Numbered from the stretch's first letter, positions 1-50,213 are shown. The stretch is 64,000 nucleotides of DNA from Euglena gracilis (GCA_039621445.1 CP154954.1:11526716-11590715), one strand, 5' to 3'. Made by a program: numbers and translations. Notes: a model not told the origin generated them from the letters alone.

Positions 1-1317
1 CGGGGAAAGTCGGGGTTATTTTTTGGAATGGGGTTAGATGCGCGACCGGCGTACCGGAGGGCTCCCGTTTTGGGAAAGTTAGGGAGAATTTGGGCCGCAT
101 TCCGGACGAATCGGGGCTGAATTGAGGCCAAATTTGGACGTTTTTAGGCAAAAATGCGTTTTCAAAAAACTTCCGAAAGGGGGACCTAACTTCCGGCCCA
201 ACTTGGTACCCAAAATTGGCAGATTATCGGCGCGCCGATCCGAACCCTAACCCTATTCCCAAAATTAAGCGGGAACCCTTCCCGGATCCGCCGCCGGCGG
301 GCCGGAAACCGCGCGTTCCCCTGGCACCGCGGGACCGAAAGGTCGAAACGTGGAACCCGGGTCCCACCATACGACCCCCCCCCTACTCCCCACTACTTGG
401 CCCCCCCCTGGGGGGGCCACATAGTGAGGAGCTGCCGTATATTACATGATACACATGTATGATATGTGATTATAATATTTATTATGCAACATATAACATA
501 GATTATTCAAAATATAATATATAGTGTATAAAATACAATATATAATACATAATATATATTTTTTTGCATAATATATAATACATAGTACGTAATACATGTT
601 ATATATTATGATATATATTATTATTAGATGTCGTTACATTGTGTGTTTATTTGTTTATGTTATTTATTATGTTATATATTATGTTATATGTATTATGTGA
701 AACATTTTTGTTATTACTTATATTATGGGTTGGGGGAGGCGGGCCGTGTGGGAGAGGTCCAGGGGAAGAATACCTAGAAGCGGATTACGCCCTCCCCCTC
801 CCCCCCGGCACACAACGCCTGTTGTTAGCCCAATGTTGGGGTTAATGTGGCCAACGTTGCATTCCCCCCTCCCGGCAGCGTCCAACAGGAAAGGCCAGAG
901 GAAGGGGGGATTGACTTGCCCCCCACTTGGGAGGTGGGGGGTTGGTCGGACTGCCATGGCTCCGCTCAGAAACACCTTCAACGGTGTTTGAACTCGGAAT
1001 TAGGGGCCTTGGAAACCAGGGGTGGGTGGTGGTTGACCCCCCACCACCCATCAGGTTTCGGGGATTCCCGTTTTCCTTGTGTCCCAGGGCTTTGAATGCC
1101 CAGCTTTCTTTTCGTCTTTTCTTTCTTGCCGTGTTGTTCCTCCACCCTGCGGTGGGTGCCTGCTCTTGGCAAGCACACACCAAAAGGCAGAGAAGGCTCG
1201 AGGACTTTGCAATGGTATTTCAAAACACAACTTGATCCAAAACCTGCACCCCCACCCACAACACAAGGTTCTGGTGATGGTTCCCGCCCCCCCCCCCCAA
1301 AAGTAGGTCCCCAGTCA

Positions 1318-4300
1318 CTGTGCCACTGCGGGCCGCTTGCTTGCTCCAACTGATTTGGGAGGTTTTGGGTAGCCCAGCCGGTGGCCTCGCCGCCAAGAGT
1401 GCAGCCCTCTTCTTGGGGCTGTTACTGAAAATTCTGGGGGGTCTTATTTGGGGGGTGAGCAAAAACCTAACCCTAAATTATTGGATTTTTGCTGAAAACC
1501 CCGGCTGAAAGAAACGTCACGCAGGAGGGTCCAAAAACAGGTCCAACAAAGACGAATTCTGGCAACGAATAAACATTGCCAATTCTATAACATGCAACAG
1601 TGCTCATAATTAAAATAAAAAAAGGTCAAAAAACCACCCACAATTTGGTGGAGGAGTATTTTGGAATCCCCCCGAAATCACCATCATAATTTTGGGGGCA
1701 AATTTTTGGAAAGGTCCACTGTTTCTGAGGGAACTGGGGGCAGGCGAGGTTCGATACAACCGCCCCCCTCCAAATAAGACCCAGGTCTTATTTTGGGTCC
1801 GTTACTGGAAACTCCCAGGGGTTTTAATTTTTTGGGGGGATCTGCTCGATTGTCTGCTCGATTGGCCCGGAGGGGTCTTATTTTTGGGAAGAACCCAATC
1901 TTAGAGCTGGGTCCAGGCCTGAGCTACAGTCCAACTGGGTACCAGAAATTGAATCTGAAAAAAATGCACCAAAAGCGCCAATTGTGCAAAAAAATCGATC
2001 ATTTTTTACCCAAGACGCGTGCCCACACCCATTCCACCGAGTTTGGCCCATTCTTGCACCCACTTCATCCACCTTTGTCCACTTTTGGTCAACCACTTGC
2101 ACAACTTTTGGCCACTCTTGCCCACTTTTGGCCACTTTTTCTGGCCACTTTTTGGCTGCTTCGGGCCTCTTTAAGACCACCTTGGTTGACCAAAGCCAAT
2201 TTTAGACCATTTGCCACAAGCATCGCCCTTAATTCCTTGATTTTTTTTGGACAATCCAATATTTGCATCCATTGCATCTTGTCCAGTATCTTCATCCACT
2301 GCATCTTGTCCAGCATCTGCATCTTGTCCAATATCTACATCTTGCTTCCATTGCGTCCATCTTGCAACCATTGTGCCGGCATCTTGTCCAATATCTGCAT
2401 CTTGCCTAATATCGCATCCATTGGCTCCCAACCAGGGGTTTTTTTAAGACCGGGGGGGGGCCCCCCCCACCCCCCCCCCCCCGGGGGGGGGCCCCCCGGG
2501 GGGGGGGTCCGGGGGACCCACAAAAAATGGCCAAAAAAATCACGAAAAGTGCTAAAAATAGAATTTTTTTCGGTGCCGCAGGCGCCGAAAAGTATATCCC
2601 ACCCCCCTCCGGGGGGGACCCCCCCTGGGGGGGGCTCGGCCGCACCCTCCCCCCCCTCCCCCCCCCCGGGGGTCCAAACTTAAAAAAATCCCTGCTCCCA
2701 ACCAAGCCAAAATGACCACAAAAGCCCCAAAAATGACCATAAAAAACCCCCAAAATGGCCACAAAAAGCCCTCAAAAGCAACCAAAATGACCTAAAATGG
2801 CTTGCAATAACCTAAAATAGCCCAAAAACGACAACAATGTCCACAAAAGATTGTGAAAAGTAACCCAAAATCACCAAAATGGCCAAAAAAACATCATAAA
2901 TGTGCTGATATTGACCCAAATTAGCCCAATATTTGCCCAAATCAATGCAAACAGCCCTAAAATAGCAAAAAATTAGTCTGAAACGGCCAAGCTGGGCGTA
3001 ATATTGGACATTTGTGGGAAAATTCTCCTAAAAATGGGTTCAATTCTTCAAAGTACACAAAAAAAGCCAGCATCGCCCAGCATTGCCCTGCATCGCCCAG
3101 CATCATCATCATGGTCGGCTGCGGTGGCAAAAAATCGGCCATAGGTGGGCATGCCAATAAAAAATGGGCGGATGCCCCGACCATTCAACACACTTTCAAG
3201 CAATTTTGCCCCCTTTTGGCCGTTGTTTACCAACTTTTGCCTTTTTTGGGGGGGGGTGGCTTCCGGCCACTGCTTTTGCTTGCTTTTGGTACTTGGCTGC
3301 TTGAAACCACTTGGTTGCTTGTTGGCCACTTTTGAATGCTCCTGGTTGTTTAATTTTTTGGCAACTTTTGGGCGGTTCTTGACTGCGTTTCGTCTACTTT
3401 TGGCCACTGTTGGCCTTCTTTGCACTTAAAGCTGATTTTACTGCTTTTGTCCACTTTTGGGCATTTTTAACAACTGCTTTTGGCCAATTGAAGGCAACTT
3501 TTGGCCACTTTGGATCACTTTTTACCCACTTGAAACAACTTTTGTGCTCTTGGCCATTTTTGCCCATCTTTGGCCATTTTTGAGGTGCTTCTGCTGCTCT
3601 TTTGGTCACTTTTGCCCACTTGAGGCAGTTTTTTACTGCTTTTTTTTGGACTCTTAGCCACTTTTGTCCACTTGGGGCCGCTTCTACTGCTTTTTGCCTA
3701 CTTTTGCCCACCTTTGGCCAACTTTAGACTGCTTCTGCTGCTTTCGGCCACTTTTGGACATGCCTTGCTACTTTTTTTGTGCTGCTTTGAATGCTTTTGA
3801 TCACTTTGAACATTCCCGGTTTCACTCAGCCCACTGTTCACCCGCTTCGCTATCAGCTCCTCTCCGCACCCGCCGCACTTCCCCCGCACCTCGCCATACT
3901 GCTTCTGCGCTGCAGCCGCTCTCTCCTTCAGCATGTGGAGCGAGCTTTAGGCCACCTGTAGGCCATTTAGGCCACTTTTTGCAACTTTGGATTCAAAAGC
4001 TGTCGCTCGAGTCGAGTGGACTCATCCAGGGATTTTCAAGTCAGGGAATTTATCAAGTCACCGGGGGGGGGGGCGGGGGGGTCAGCCCATGCACCTATGG
4101 CCGACCAGGGGTGACCAGGGCCAACTTTGGTGGGCACAGGTGGGGGTTCCGACCAGGGCCGAATTTTGCATTGGCCAATTGCAGTTGCAGTAATAACACA
4201 TAAGCCCAACCCGGATCTCCTGTCAGATTCCACTTCTGGCTGCTTTTGGCACTTTTGGCCGCTTTTGCCACTTTACCCACTTTTCGCCACTTTTAGGTCA

Positions 4301-7300
4301 ATTTTTGTTGCTGGTGCAGGCAAGTTCTCCCCTTCCTGGTGGGGGACTGGCTCGATTCCCATCTAGCCATGGTCAACAGCTGCCTCCCCCTACCACCACC
4401 ATCCAGTGGGTTGGGGTTCCCGGGATCCCCCTGCACTGTCTTGAACCCCCTTCCCCAAACGAACCCGCGGGCAAAAGATAGCGGGGGGGCTGGCAGGAAT
4501 GGACGGAGACAGTGGAGGGAAAGCACACGTGGGGTGTGTTTCTGTGGCCCCCTCTGCCTTGCGCTTCCTGGGCCAACAGAGCGGCGGTCAGCCTCAAACC
4601 AGGGGGGGGGTGGGGTGGGGGGTGCACTTGTATTGCGCCGCAGAGCAGAAAGGCTGAATGAGCAATGATCCGACGTCACACCTACCTCAACCATGCAGAA
4701 AAGGAACGTCACTGTCACGCCACTGCCTGGGGGGGTTTGTCAGTGGGGGGGGGGCAGGTAAATCAGTTAAGATAATTGGGGGGGGGGGCAGATAATCCTG
4801 TGGGCAGAGGGGCCAAACTCAAAATTCGGCTCGATGCTCTTGAAATCGACCCTTTGAGCAGGGGCAGGGAGATATTCCGGTCGGCCGAAAATTTTATTCC
4901 GGTGTTTTATTCCGGTTTATTCCGGGTTATTCCGGTTTATTCCGGTCAATTTCTGTCTGAATGGACTTAGGATTTTTTGAAGTACAATTGGGCAAGGCGC
5001 TCACCCAGGCTTCAGGAATAGAGATGCATTCCTTGGTTGCCCCACCCCGCCAAGTGGTCACTTTGCACTTGGTGATGCTGGTCTGCGCACCACAACAGAC
5101 CCCCGCCTTTTCAGGAAAAATAAGTGGATAAGGTTTCCCTTGAGACCTTTCTTTTTTCTGATAGATCGGATGAAGAGGGTGGACCAGGTGAATCAGGCCA
5201 AATGTGCAAATGCAATGACTGTTTGGAGGCACATTCAGGATTTTCCCAAGGAGTGCCTTGTGTCCGAGAAGGATCTGACAAACATGTGGTGTGCTTTTTG
5301 CGGTTTTTGGCACGATGCATGTGGCTTCTGCCAAACATAAAGGCGTGAAACCTTCTGTGAACCCAGTTTGATCGATCTAACGTCCAGTCGGGCACCAAAG
5401 TTTTTGGCGTGCTTCACTTGCTTCACTTCTCATACTTCAGAAGTGAAGCATGAAGTTTCAAAATCACAAGAGCAAACAAAGAACGCAGTTATAGCACAAT
5501 TGGCATTCGATACCAGGAGCACGCCTTCATTTTGCCCGTTTCCCTCCTGGTTGAATGCATTTCTTGTTTGGATTTTATAACCGCTTGTGTGGCTGCACTA
5601 AGTGAATGTTTGTCACTGAGTTCTTTCCAAAGGAACGTGAGCAAAGACAACATCAACGCTGATTTGACTGGAGCATTTTGGGGGGAGCATGGATCCCATT
5701 GGACAAAGTGGATCATTTATGTGCACGGCACACTCAGGTTTTTCTGTGCCCTTTGTCCGATTTGGACAGGACAAATTTGATAAAATTGTTGAACAAGCAT
5801 GTCCGGGCCATCAAGCAAGCTTTTAGCCGGACAATTTTTGAGATAAAAAAATGAGATTGACTGAGGAAATCATGAAAATACATCAAATTTTACCTTCATT
5901 GCCTTTGTGTCTTGCAGAATTTTCATGGCTGGCCATTGGCTGGCACTTTTATTCTGGTTATTCCGGTTTATTCCGGTTTATTCCGGTTTTCGCTATTCCG
6001 GTTTATTCCGGTTTATTCCGGACCGGAATATCTCCCTGCCCCTGCTTTGAGCTCCAAAAAAAAAAAATCCAGACAAAGAACAACGATCGGGATGACAATC
6101 ACAACCACAACCGTCGGGCAGAGGACAATCAAAATCACCAGCGCTGAGCCACCTGTGCTACACCTGTGCTCCCCCCCCCTGCCCCCAGTAATTATCGGCA
6201 GTTGCGTGGCCACCGTGCTCCAAACTGGGGAGACAGGCGGATGCCAGAAAGGCGACGCGAAGGGGGGGGGACAGGCTTCTTTTCAAGACCCCCCACCCAC
6301 CCAGCCTGGCGGGGACCCCCATCAAATCAGTCCGCCTAAAGACATTTCCCAAAACCCATACCCAGGTCTCCGGCTCGAGCCCCCCCCCCCAGAGGGTCTG
6401 GCCTGGATCTACCCACCCGGGGGGGGGGGCGGACTTCTGAGTTAAAACGACGCCTGGGGCGGGGAGGGGAGCAGGGGCATACCCGGGGGTATATAGGTAA
6501 TAAGTATAGAGGCGAGTATACGCGGGCCGGGGACCGGTCTTAGAGTGGCTGCCGCCGGGGCCGCCTTGCGGTGCAGCATCCCGTCCGCAAGCACCCATGG
6601 TCATCCAGAATTGTCGACCCAGTCACGCCCGGTCACGCGTCCAGTCACGCCCGGTCACGCGTCCAGTCACGCCCGGTCACGCGTCCAGTCACGCCCGGTC
6701 ACGCGTCCAGTCACACCCGGTCACGCGCCTGGTCACGCACCGAGTCACGCCCAGTCACCCGCCAGTCACGGTCAAATCATTTCATAGGTGCTTGCCCATC
6801 CGGACCACCCACAGCAGAGGGAGAGGGTGGGGCGGGCGGCAGGGGGGCCGGAGCCCAGAACCCCCACGATTAAGGAGAGCGCCGTAATGTACCGAATGTG
6901 TACCAAACACCGTGTCGCACTGGAATGTGCACCGTACCCGCCCCCCCCCCCCTTGTCCACCGACCGGGTTCCCGCAACCCCCGACCAGGGGGGGGGTGGT
7001 CGTACACCCCCCACAACCTGCAACCCCCGACCGGGGGGTGGTTGGTATATGGGGGTGGTCGGTGGACAAGGGGGGGGGGGCGGGTACCGTAAATATCATA
7101 CAAGAATGTGCAATGTGCCGTAAATACCGTATCGGAATGCGCACTGTGCCGTAAGAAGCATACGGGAATGTGCACTGTACCGTAAATACAGTCCCGGAAT
7201 ATGCACCCTACCGAAAACACTGTACCGGAATGTGAACCGTATCGTAAATATGGGGCGTATGAACAAACATCTGCTTTGCTTATTCTCCTGCCAAATCTGG

Positions 7301-9857
7301 TCGCAAAATCATCCACCCCGTAAAATGGCCAATCCATAACCCAAAATTGCCCAAAAATGGTCACCTTCATTAAGTAATTGCTCTCAAGCATACCATTGCT
7401 TAACGATCCCTGGGGGGGGGGGAGGGGGATCACTTTCCACTCCGAAAAAACCAGTCAGTCACTTTAACCCCGGGGGGGGGGTCGGCCACTCTTCAGGAGG
7501 CAATGTAAATTAAGTAACAGCCGAGACTTTGCCATCATGTGTTGTCCAAAGGTGGGGGGCCCAAGATTACCTGCAAAATTTGGGGTGCAATTATGAATGC
7601 CCCAACCCTAAAGGAAATATGTTTACATACAAAGACATTTGTAAATTGTTAAAGCAGGTTGTACAGCTGCTGGGACGTTTGTGCCTAAAAAAGGAGCTTC
7701 AGGGAACTTCAAACTGAGCGCAACACAGAAGAACATGCCGAAGATAGCTCATTTGCTGGGAACACCGTTTACACGACTGAACAAATTCTGTTTGCCTAAA
7801 ACATAACATAACATGACATAACATAACATAACATAACATAACATAACATAACATAACATAACACAACATAACATAACTTAACATAACATGACATAACATA
7901 CCATAACATAACGTAACATAACGTAACATAACGTAATATAATAATATAATATACATACATACATACATACATATATACATACATACATACATACATATAT
8001 ACATATATATGTACATACATACATATATATACACATATACATACATGTGTTATATACATAATATAACATAATATAACATAATGTAATATTATATTATGTC
8101 ATATTATATTTTATTATACCATACTATACTATACTATACTATACTATACTATGCTATGCTATACTATACTATACTATACTATACTATACTATACTATACT
8201 ATACCATACCATACTATACTATACTATACTATACTATACTATACTATTACTGTACTGTACTGTACTATACTGTACTGTACTGTACTGTACTGTACTGTAC
8301 TGTACTGTACTGTACTGTACTGTACTACACTACACTACACTACACTACACTTTACTGCACTATACTACACTACACTACACTATACTACAATACAATACAC
8401 TAAACTACTATACTATACTATACACTACACTATACTATACCATACCATACTATACTATACTATATTAGATATTATTATATATTAGATTTACATTATTATA
8501 TTATATTATATATATTATATTTTTTTTATATATATTATATATATATATATAACATATTATATTACATTACATTATATTACATTACATTACATTATATTTT
8601 TTATGTTATATTATATTACATAAAATTATATTATATAACATTATATTACGTTATATTATATTATATTACATTACATTATATTATATTATGATAATACAAT
8701 ACAATATAACATAATGCAATATAATATAATGCAATATAATATATTACAATATACCCGCCCCCCCCCTTGTCCACCGACCGGGTTCCTGCAACCCCCGACC
8801 AGGGGGGGTGGTCGTACACCCCCCACAACCTGCAACCCCCGACCGGGGGGTGGTCGTACCACTAGGGGCCAAAACAAAACCAAAAGCCAAAAAAGGTGCA
8901 ATTTCATAACGGTAATATTTCTCCCCATTAGGTGAGGGACCAATGCCATCACTACACTCAAACAAAACAGGACTGCCCGGAGGGAACATGACGAACACTC
9001 AATGGACAGGAAAGACGGGAAAAAAAAGCTGGTCAATAAGCACATGAGAGGAAAAATTTTGGTGGTCACCTGCAACCCCCGACCAGGGGGGGTGGTCGTA
9101 CACCCCCCTCAACCTGCAACCCCCGACCGGGGGGTGGTCGGTATATAGGGGTGGTCGGTGGACAAGGGGGGGGGCGGGTACCAATAGTAAGAGAATACAA
9201 TAGAAGATAATATAGAGAATATAAGAGAATATAATATATTAATAGAGATAAGAAGAGATAGAAATAAAGAAGAGAATAGAATAGAAATTAGAAGAGAATA
9301 ATAGAAGATAAGAATAGAATAGAAGAGATATAATCATATAATATAGAAGATATATAGAATATAAGAGAATATAAAGATAATCTAAGATAATATAATATAT
9401 ATAATATATAGATATATATCTAATATAATATCTATATATAATATAATATAATATCCTATAATATATATAATTAAATATAATATGATATAATATAATATAA
9501 TATAATATATCATAATATATATGATATATTATTTAACACAACATATACATAAATATATAACATATGCACATATGTGTATATAAGTAAACATATGCATTCA
9601 TATATAAGCCCATTTTTTCCAAAAAAAATTGCCATCTGCCGCCCGTGTGGCGACCAGTGAGGAGCAACCTGCAATTTGTCAGAATGAAATAAACCACAAC
9701 AAACCATAACTTTGGAGGAAGGGGAAAGAACGGGAACGGGAACGGGAAGAGGGTTGGGAGGGAGATGGGGCAGGCGGTGCCTCACTCCTGGCGGGGTGCT
9801 GCCGGTGCGCCATCTCTTGATAGTTTGCCCTCCGTTTGCGCTTGCCATCTTAATCCT
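1318..9857 (-). CDS. Possible fifth minus-strand gene, represented only by scattered candidate exons
   Basis: Short GC-rich, exon-like segments near 9857-9787, 6600-6540 (WVLADGMLHRKAAPA), 6225-6165, 3934-3890 (MLKERAAAAQKQYGE|gt) and 1420-1318, some with AG/GT ends. I could not join them into one phase-consistent model. Confidence 0.25.
2433..2694. mobile_element. hAT-like MITE with perfect 8-bp TSD
   Basis: TIR CAGGGGTTTTTTTAAG/CTTAAAAAAATCCCTG, with ctcccaac at both 2425-32 and 2695-702. Related copies lie at ~10435-10619 and 22753-23025. Confidence 0.85.
4859..6044. mobile_element. Non-autonomous TIR element, 24-bp TIR, 7-bp TSD
   Basis: TIR CAGGGGCAGGGAGATATTCCGGTC, ctttgag on both sides, and subterminal (TTATTCCGGT)n. 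Confidence 0.85.
6272..6456. mobile_element. MITE of the CAGGCTTCTTTT family
   Basis: CAGGCTTCTTTTCAAGAC...GACGCCTG. Similar left ends occur at 20464, 28230, 54037 and 63759. Confidence 0.55.
6620..6775. repeat. 22-bp tandem repeat (two GTCACGC half-units)
   Basis: (cagtcacgcccggtcacgcgtc)n, decaying rightwards. Confidence 0.85.
6937..7084. mobile_element. TA-flanked MITE (Tc1/mariner-like)
   Basis: TIR CCCGCCCCCCCCCCCTTGTCCACCGACC flanked by TA. A longer copy lies at 8754-9178 and a diverged relative at ~36630-37365. Confidence 0.7.
7800..8750. repeat. Compound microsatellite (ACATA, TACA, TATAC, TGTAC, TACAC, ATATT)
   Basis: Read directly from the sequence. Confidence 0.9.
8754..9178. 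mobile_element. Longer copy of the TA-flanked MITE
   Basis: Same TIRs and the internal cctgcaacccccgacc repeats. Confidence 0.7.
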
Positions 9858-9861
9858 GTTG

Positions 9862-10080
9862 GTGTTAATGTTAATGTTAACGTTCGTGTTAATGTTAATG
9901 TTAATGTTAATGTTAATGTTGGTGTTAATGTTAATGTTGGTGTTAATGTTAATGTTAATGTTAATGTTAATGTCAATGTCAATGTTAATGTTAATGTTAA
10001 TGTCAATGTCAATGTCAATGTCAATGTCAATGTCAATGTTAATGTTAATGTTAATGTTAATGTAAGTGTTAATGTTAATG
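9862..10080. repeat. (GTTAAT/GTCAAT)n hexamer microsatellite
   Basis: Read directly from the sequence. Confidence 0.9.
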
Positions 10081-10434
10081 CCATGTAAGCAGCTGGGGAA
10101 TGCAGCCGGGCCATGCAATCCCACACTGTGGGACGGTGTGAATATTTGTTGCAAAAAGTCCAAACGGGCGTGTCCAGTGTCAGACCGCTGGCATGCAAAA
10201 GACGCTGGCAAAATGCAACCCCTTCCCACTGGGTTTTTAGGGCCTGGTTTGTCTGGTTGGCAAGTCCAGGAGCCCAAACCTACACACCCAGCCACTCAGG
10301 AAAAACCTTTGGAAAGAGGGAACCAAAAGAACCTGTGACCAACGCCTGTCAGCATGTGGCAGTGTCACGAGACCATAGATCCATTTCCTTAGTGATGCCC
10401 GGAGTGAACAGCTTCCTCTAGGCCCAAACTCACC

Positions 10435-10619
10435 CTGGGGGGGCCCCCGGGGGGGGGTCCCGGGGGACACACAAAAAATGGCCAAAAATCGCGAAAAGTG
10501 CTAAAAATAGAATTTTCTCGGGGCCTGCGGCGCCGAAAAGTATATCCCACCCCCTCCGGGGGGGGGGGGCTCGGCCGGACCTACCCCCCCCCCGGGGTCC
10601 ACGACTAAAAAAACCCCTG
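10435..10619. mobile_element. Left-truncated copy of the 2433 MITE family
   Basis: Shares the interior (caaaaaatggccaaaa...gaaaagtgctaaaaatagaatttt...gcgccgaaaagtatatcccacc) and the right TIR aaaaaaacccctg. Confidence 0.7.
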
Positions 10620-10769
10620 GTCCTGACCCACGCACCCCCCCCGAAACCCTGGGTCACACCCAAGGTCACACCCCTGGGCGTCACCGGGTGTGACCCCCGG
10701 GGTCATATTGGCGTCAAATGAATCTGTGCACGGGACCCGTCGGCCCGCCGCTAGTGCCAGGCGGCGGCC

Positions 10770-21624
<10,855 letters not shown>

Positions 21625-22752
21625 CCGACGGGGCTGGGTGGGGGAGCAGAGAGGCTGGGGCGGCGGCACAAGCCACGGATGAACCCCCATCCGCTCATCC
21701 CAAAATTGGTTTTTTGTTCAAATTGGGTGGCGTGACTTCCGAGGACTACTGCACGGGTGGAAATTGGTAATCAAAAAAAGTTCGTAATAGGCCGTTTTCA
21801 ATTATGATATGCCTTTCAAACAACAAAAAAACAGCTCATTTTTAGGCCATCGGACTGTCGGCTTGATGGATTTTCTTTTTTTTTCCGACATTCAAAAGGA
21901 GCGATGGAAATTGCTCAATGCACTTCCACTTTCGGTCCTCCCGCTTGTTTCGCGGTGCAGCCTGCCTCAGGGACCGCCCTTTTGGAAAATATGGCGGTTC
22001 CAGGCCCGCACTGAGGGGGGAAGGGTGGCTTGTTGTCCCAGGCAAAATGGTGATCCACCTGTGCCCTGGCACCTCTGGTGTTGCGATACTTGGCGGAAAT
22101 TAGAAAATGGGGTGTCCATTGCGGATATACATGAGAGACATGCAAAGTCCGTGGGATGGCTGCGCCGATGCTCCATGCAAATCCGGCCACCTGAGTTTTC
22201 AGGAACAAAGCCAAAAAACTGTCTTTGACCAAGGCTTATTGGGGGGGTGACGCTGGCGTGGGTTTACTTACCGTCTTCGGCTGAATTTTCCAGCAAAAAT
22301 CCAAAAATTAACACCCCTCCAGGGTATATATTAAATAAGCGGGGAGGAGGGGGGTGGTCGACCTCCCCCCAGAGGGGGGGGGGGTCGGACCCCCCTGAGC
22401 AAAGAATTTTTGGGCCTTGAGAAAGGCCCAAAAATCACGTGCTTTTTTGACAAATCGGTCAAAGCATACACCAAATTTTTCATCTTCTCTGGCGCGAAAT
22501 GCCGGAAATTTTTGTGGGCGGGGGGGGGGGCGAACCACCCCAGGGGGAAGGTGGTCTGACCCCCCCCCCCCGCAAAACCACCGCCCACCGCTCACTTAAT
22601 ACCTGCCCGCCCCCCCTGGTATTTTTCTTAGGTGGCCTAACTCGCATTTAGGGTTATTTTTGTGAGGCGGGTGTGTGTGCAAGGGGATTCCTTGAGGAGG
22701 GGGGGCCTACCCGCCTGGCTGGGAAAAAATAAAGATGGACCCCCTTCCAGGG

Positions 22753-23025
22753 CAGGGGTTTTTTTAAAACTGGGGGGGGGTCCCCCCACCCACCCACCCC
22801 CTAGGCCCCCCCCGGGGGGGGGGTCCCGGGGGACCCACAAAAAAATGCCGAAAAATCGCGAAAAGTGCTAAAAATAGCATTTTTCGGCGCCTTCGGCTCG
22901 GCCGGGCCACACACACTACCCTCGAAGGCCCCCCCTTCCCCCCACACCCCCCCCACCCACCCCCACATTTTTTTTTTTTCCCCCCCCCCCCCCCCCCCCC
23001 GGGGCCACAACTAAAAAAACCCCTG
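22753..23025. mobile_element. Full-length copy of the 2433 MITE family, TSD not preserved
   Basis: CAGGGGTTTTTTTAA...AAAAAAACCCCTG with the shared interior. Confidence 0.75.
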
Positions 23026-24183
23026 GGGGGCAGCCAACTGCCACTGCAAGGGTGGACCCAGAGGGCCCAAAGCCCGGCAAGGTCAGATCAAGCTGGCTGT
23101 GATCCTTTTACGCCGCGAAGCCCGAAAAAATCCCGAAGAAACCACGAAGCGCCGAAAATGCTGCGTGCTCTATTTTTTTTTATCTATGAACTGCCCCTTA
23201 AAAATAAGACTTGGTTCCCATTTTGTCCGTCTTTGAGGGGGGTCGGGTTGACAACATCGGAGTATCACACTTGCAACTCAGTGGAGAGATGCACAGAACA
23301 CAAATGTTTTGACAATCCTGGATTAAATTATTCTTTCAAAAAACTTCCTTAAATGAAATAACATTCCTGATTGCAGGGATTCAAAACAGTGATATCAACG
23401 TTGGAATAATGAATATCACTTTTTTGACCTGTTTTGCTCAAAGAACCTTTTCTTTTCTGTGCAATTGTGCGGAGAAAATATCTATAGCCGTTGGCATTCG
23501 AAAATTTGTCTTTAAAATCCCCACAAAATAATTTACATGGATGTTAAAAAATAGGGAAAAACATATCAATTCCCATTTTCAATCCATGAATCTTCAATGT
23601 TCCATGGAAAACAAAAAACCAAACCATCTCTAAGGGTAGGCAAACTTTCATCGATGCAAAGGCACATGAATATACAAAAAAATTTATGCTGCACATTAAG
23701 AAATGTGCAGCATAAAAAACACTCCTGTGCAATAAAAAATGACACAGAGTATAATCATATAAATAAATAATATGACATATCATGCATGGTATGGATAATA
23801 ATACAATAATAAAATGATGCTAATAATATAATAATACACAGCAAAAAAAGGCAGTAGGAAGCATCAGCAGCAAATGACAAGCAACTGCCATCAAAACCAG
23901 AGAAAATTCTTTCTGGCGATGTACACTGAGAGAGAATGAATATACAATACAAACACGACAGCTGTGGGGAAGGTGAATGCCCATGACTCTCGAGGGATAG
24001 CAGTGTGGCAAAGAGTCAATAAACAACAAGGAATGCTTCACACATGGCAACCACAAAACACACACAAGGGAGGGGGGAGGCTGACAAGAAACGCCCTAAG
24101 CAAAACAAACAGTGATTGCTTCGCAGGAGCGGAGAAGTGCACGGACGGTGAAGCGTGGTGTGGGGGAGTGCATCAGTCCAAGG

Positions 24184-49366
<25,183 letters not shown>

Positions 49367-50213
49367 AGCAGCCAGGGCGGCCCCGTCAGTGGCTCATCAG
49401 CAAACGTCCAGGGAAGACTGCTGCGAACAAGCAGGGGGGGGATATGTGTTTAATACCCCCCCCAGTATGCGGGAACGTGCGCTAAAATATGCAAAAAAAA
49501 ATGTGCTAAAATATGCGGGAATATGCGATAGATGTGCAAAATATGCGCTTAAATATGGGGCAATGTGAATGAAGTGGAATGTCTGTCCAAAAGGCCCTCG
49601 GAACATCCAACTCCAATGGTGACTTAAATTTATAAAAATCGTGGGGCATGACGGGAGACAAAATTGTACTTTTGGAATGAAGGGCTTTTGTGCACACAGA
49701 AACCAAATCAGGACTGGGCAATGCTTTGTGCGATGGGTGCCAGAGGGCGCCCAGGGGCAAATCGGTCGCTGGGGCAGAAATGGAGTTGGCAGCACAATTA
49801 ATCGCACCTCACACATCAGTGGGGGTCATAATGGGGGGAGAAGGGAAGAGCTGGGCGATCAGCCTGGTCGCAGGGGAGCTGTTGGGCCAAAAAGTCGAAG
49901 AGGGGAAATGGCCAAAGTTGGCCGAAAAATGGCCGTAACTCGGGCAAGGCGGGGAGTTGCGGGGAAATTAAAATACTGTCAGAGTAGGGCATTTTAAGGG
50001 CTTCAATTTAGGTCTGTGGACATTTCCTTTGATTCCCCGCCACGTTCGAGAAATTTCTGAAAAATCGATTTTTTTGACCCCAAAAAAGGACCGAAACAAA
50101 CACGGTCTGGTGTTGACCAGGAGTACTGAACGCTGCACCAAAAGCTCATTTGGAAGACTGAGAACCGAGCCTCCAGGGGCCGCTGTTAGCTTCCCTGCGG
50201 CTGGGCACGGCGG

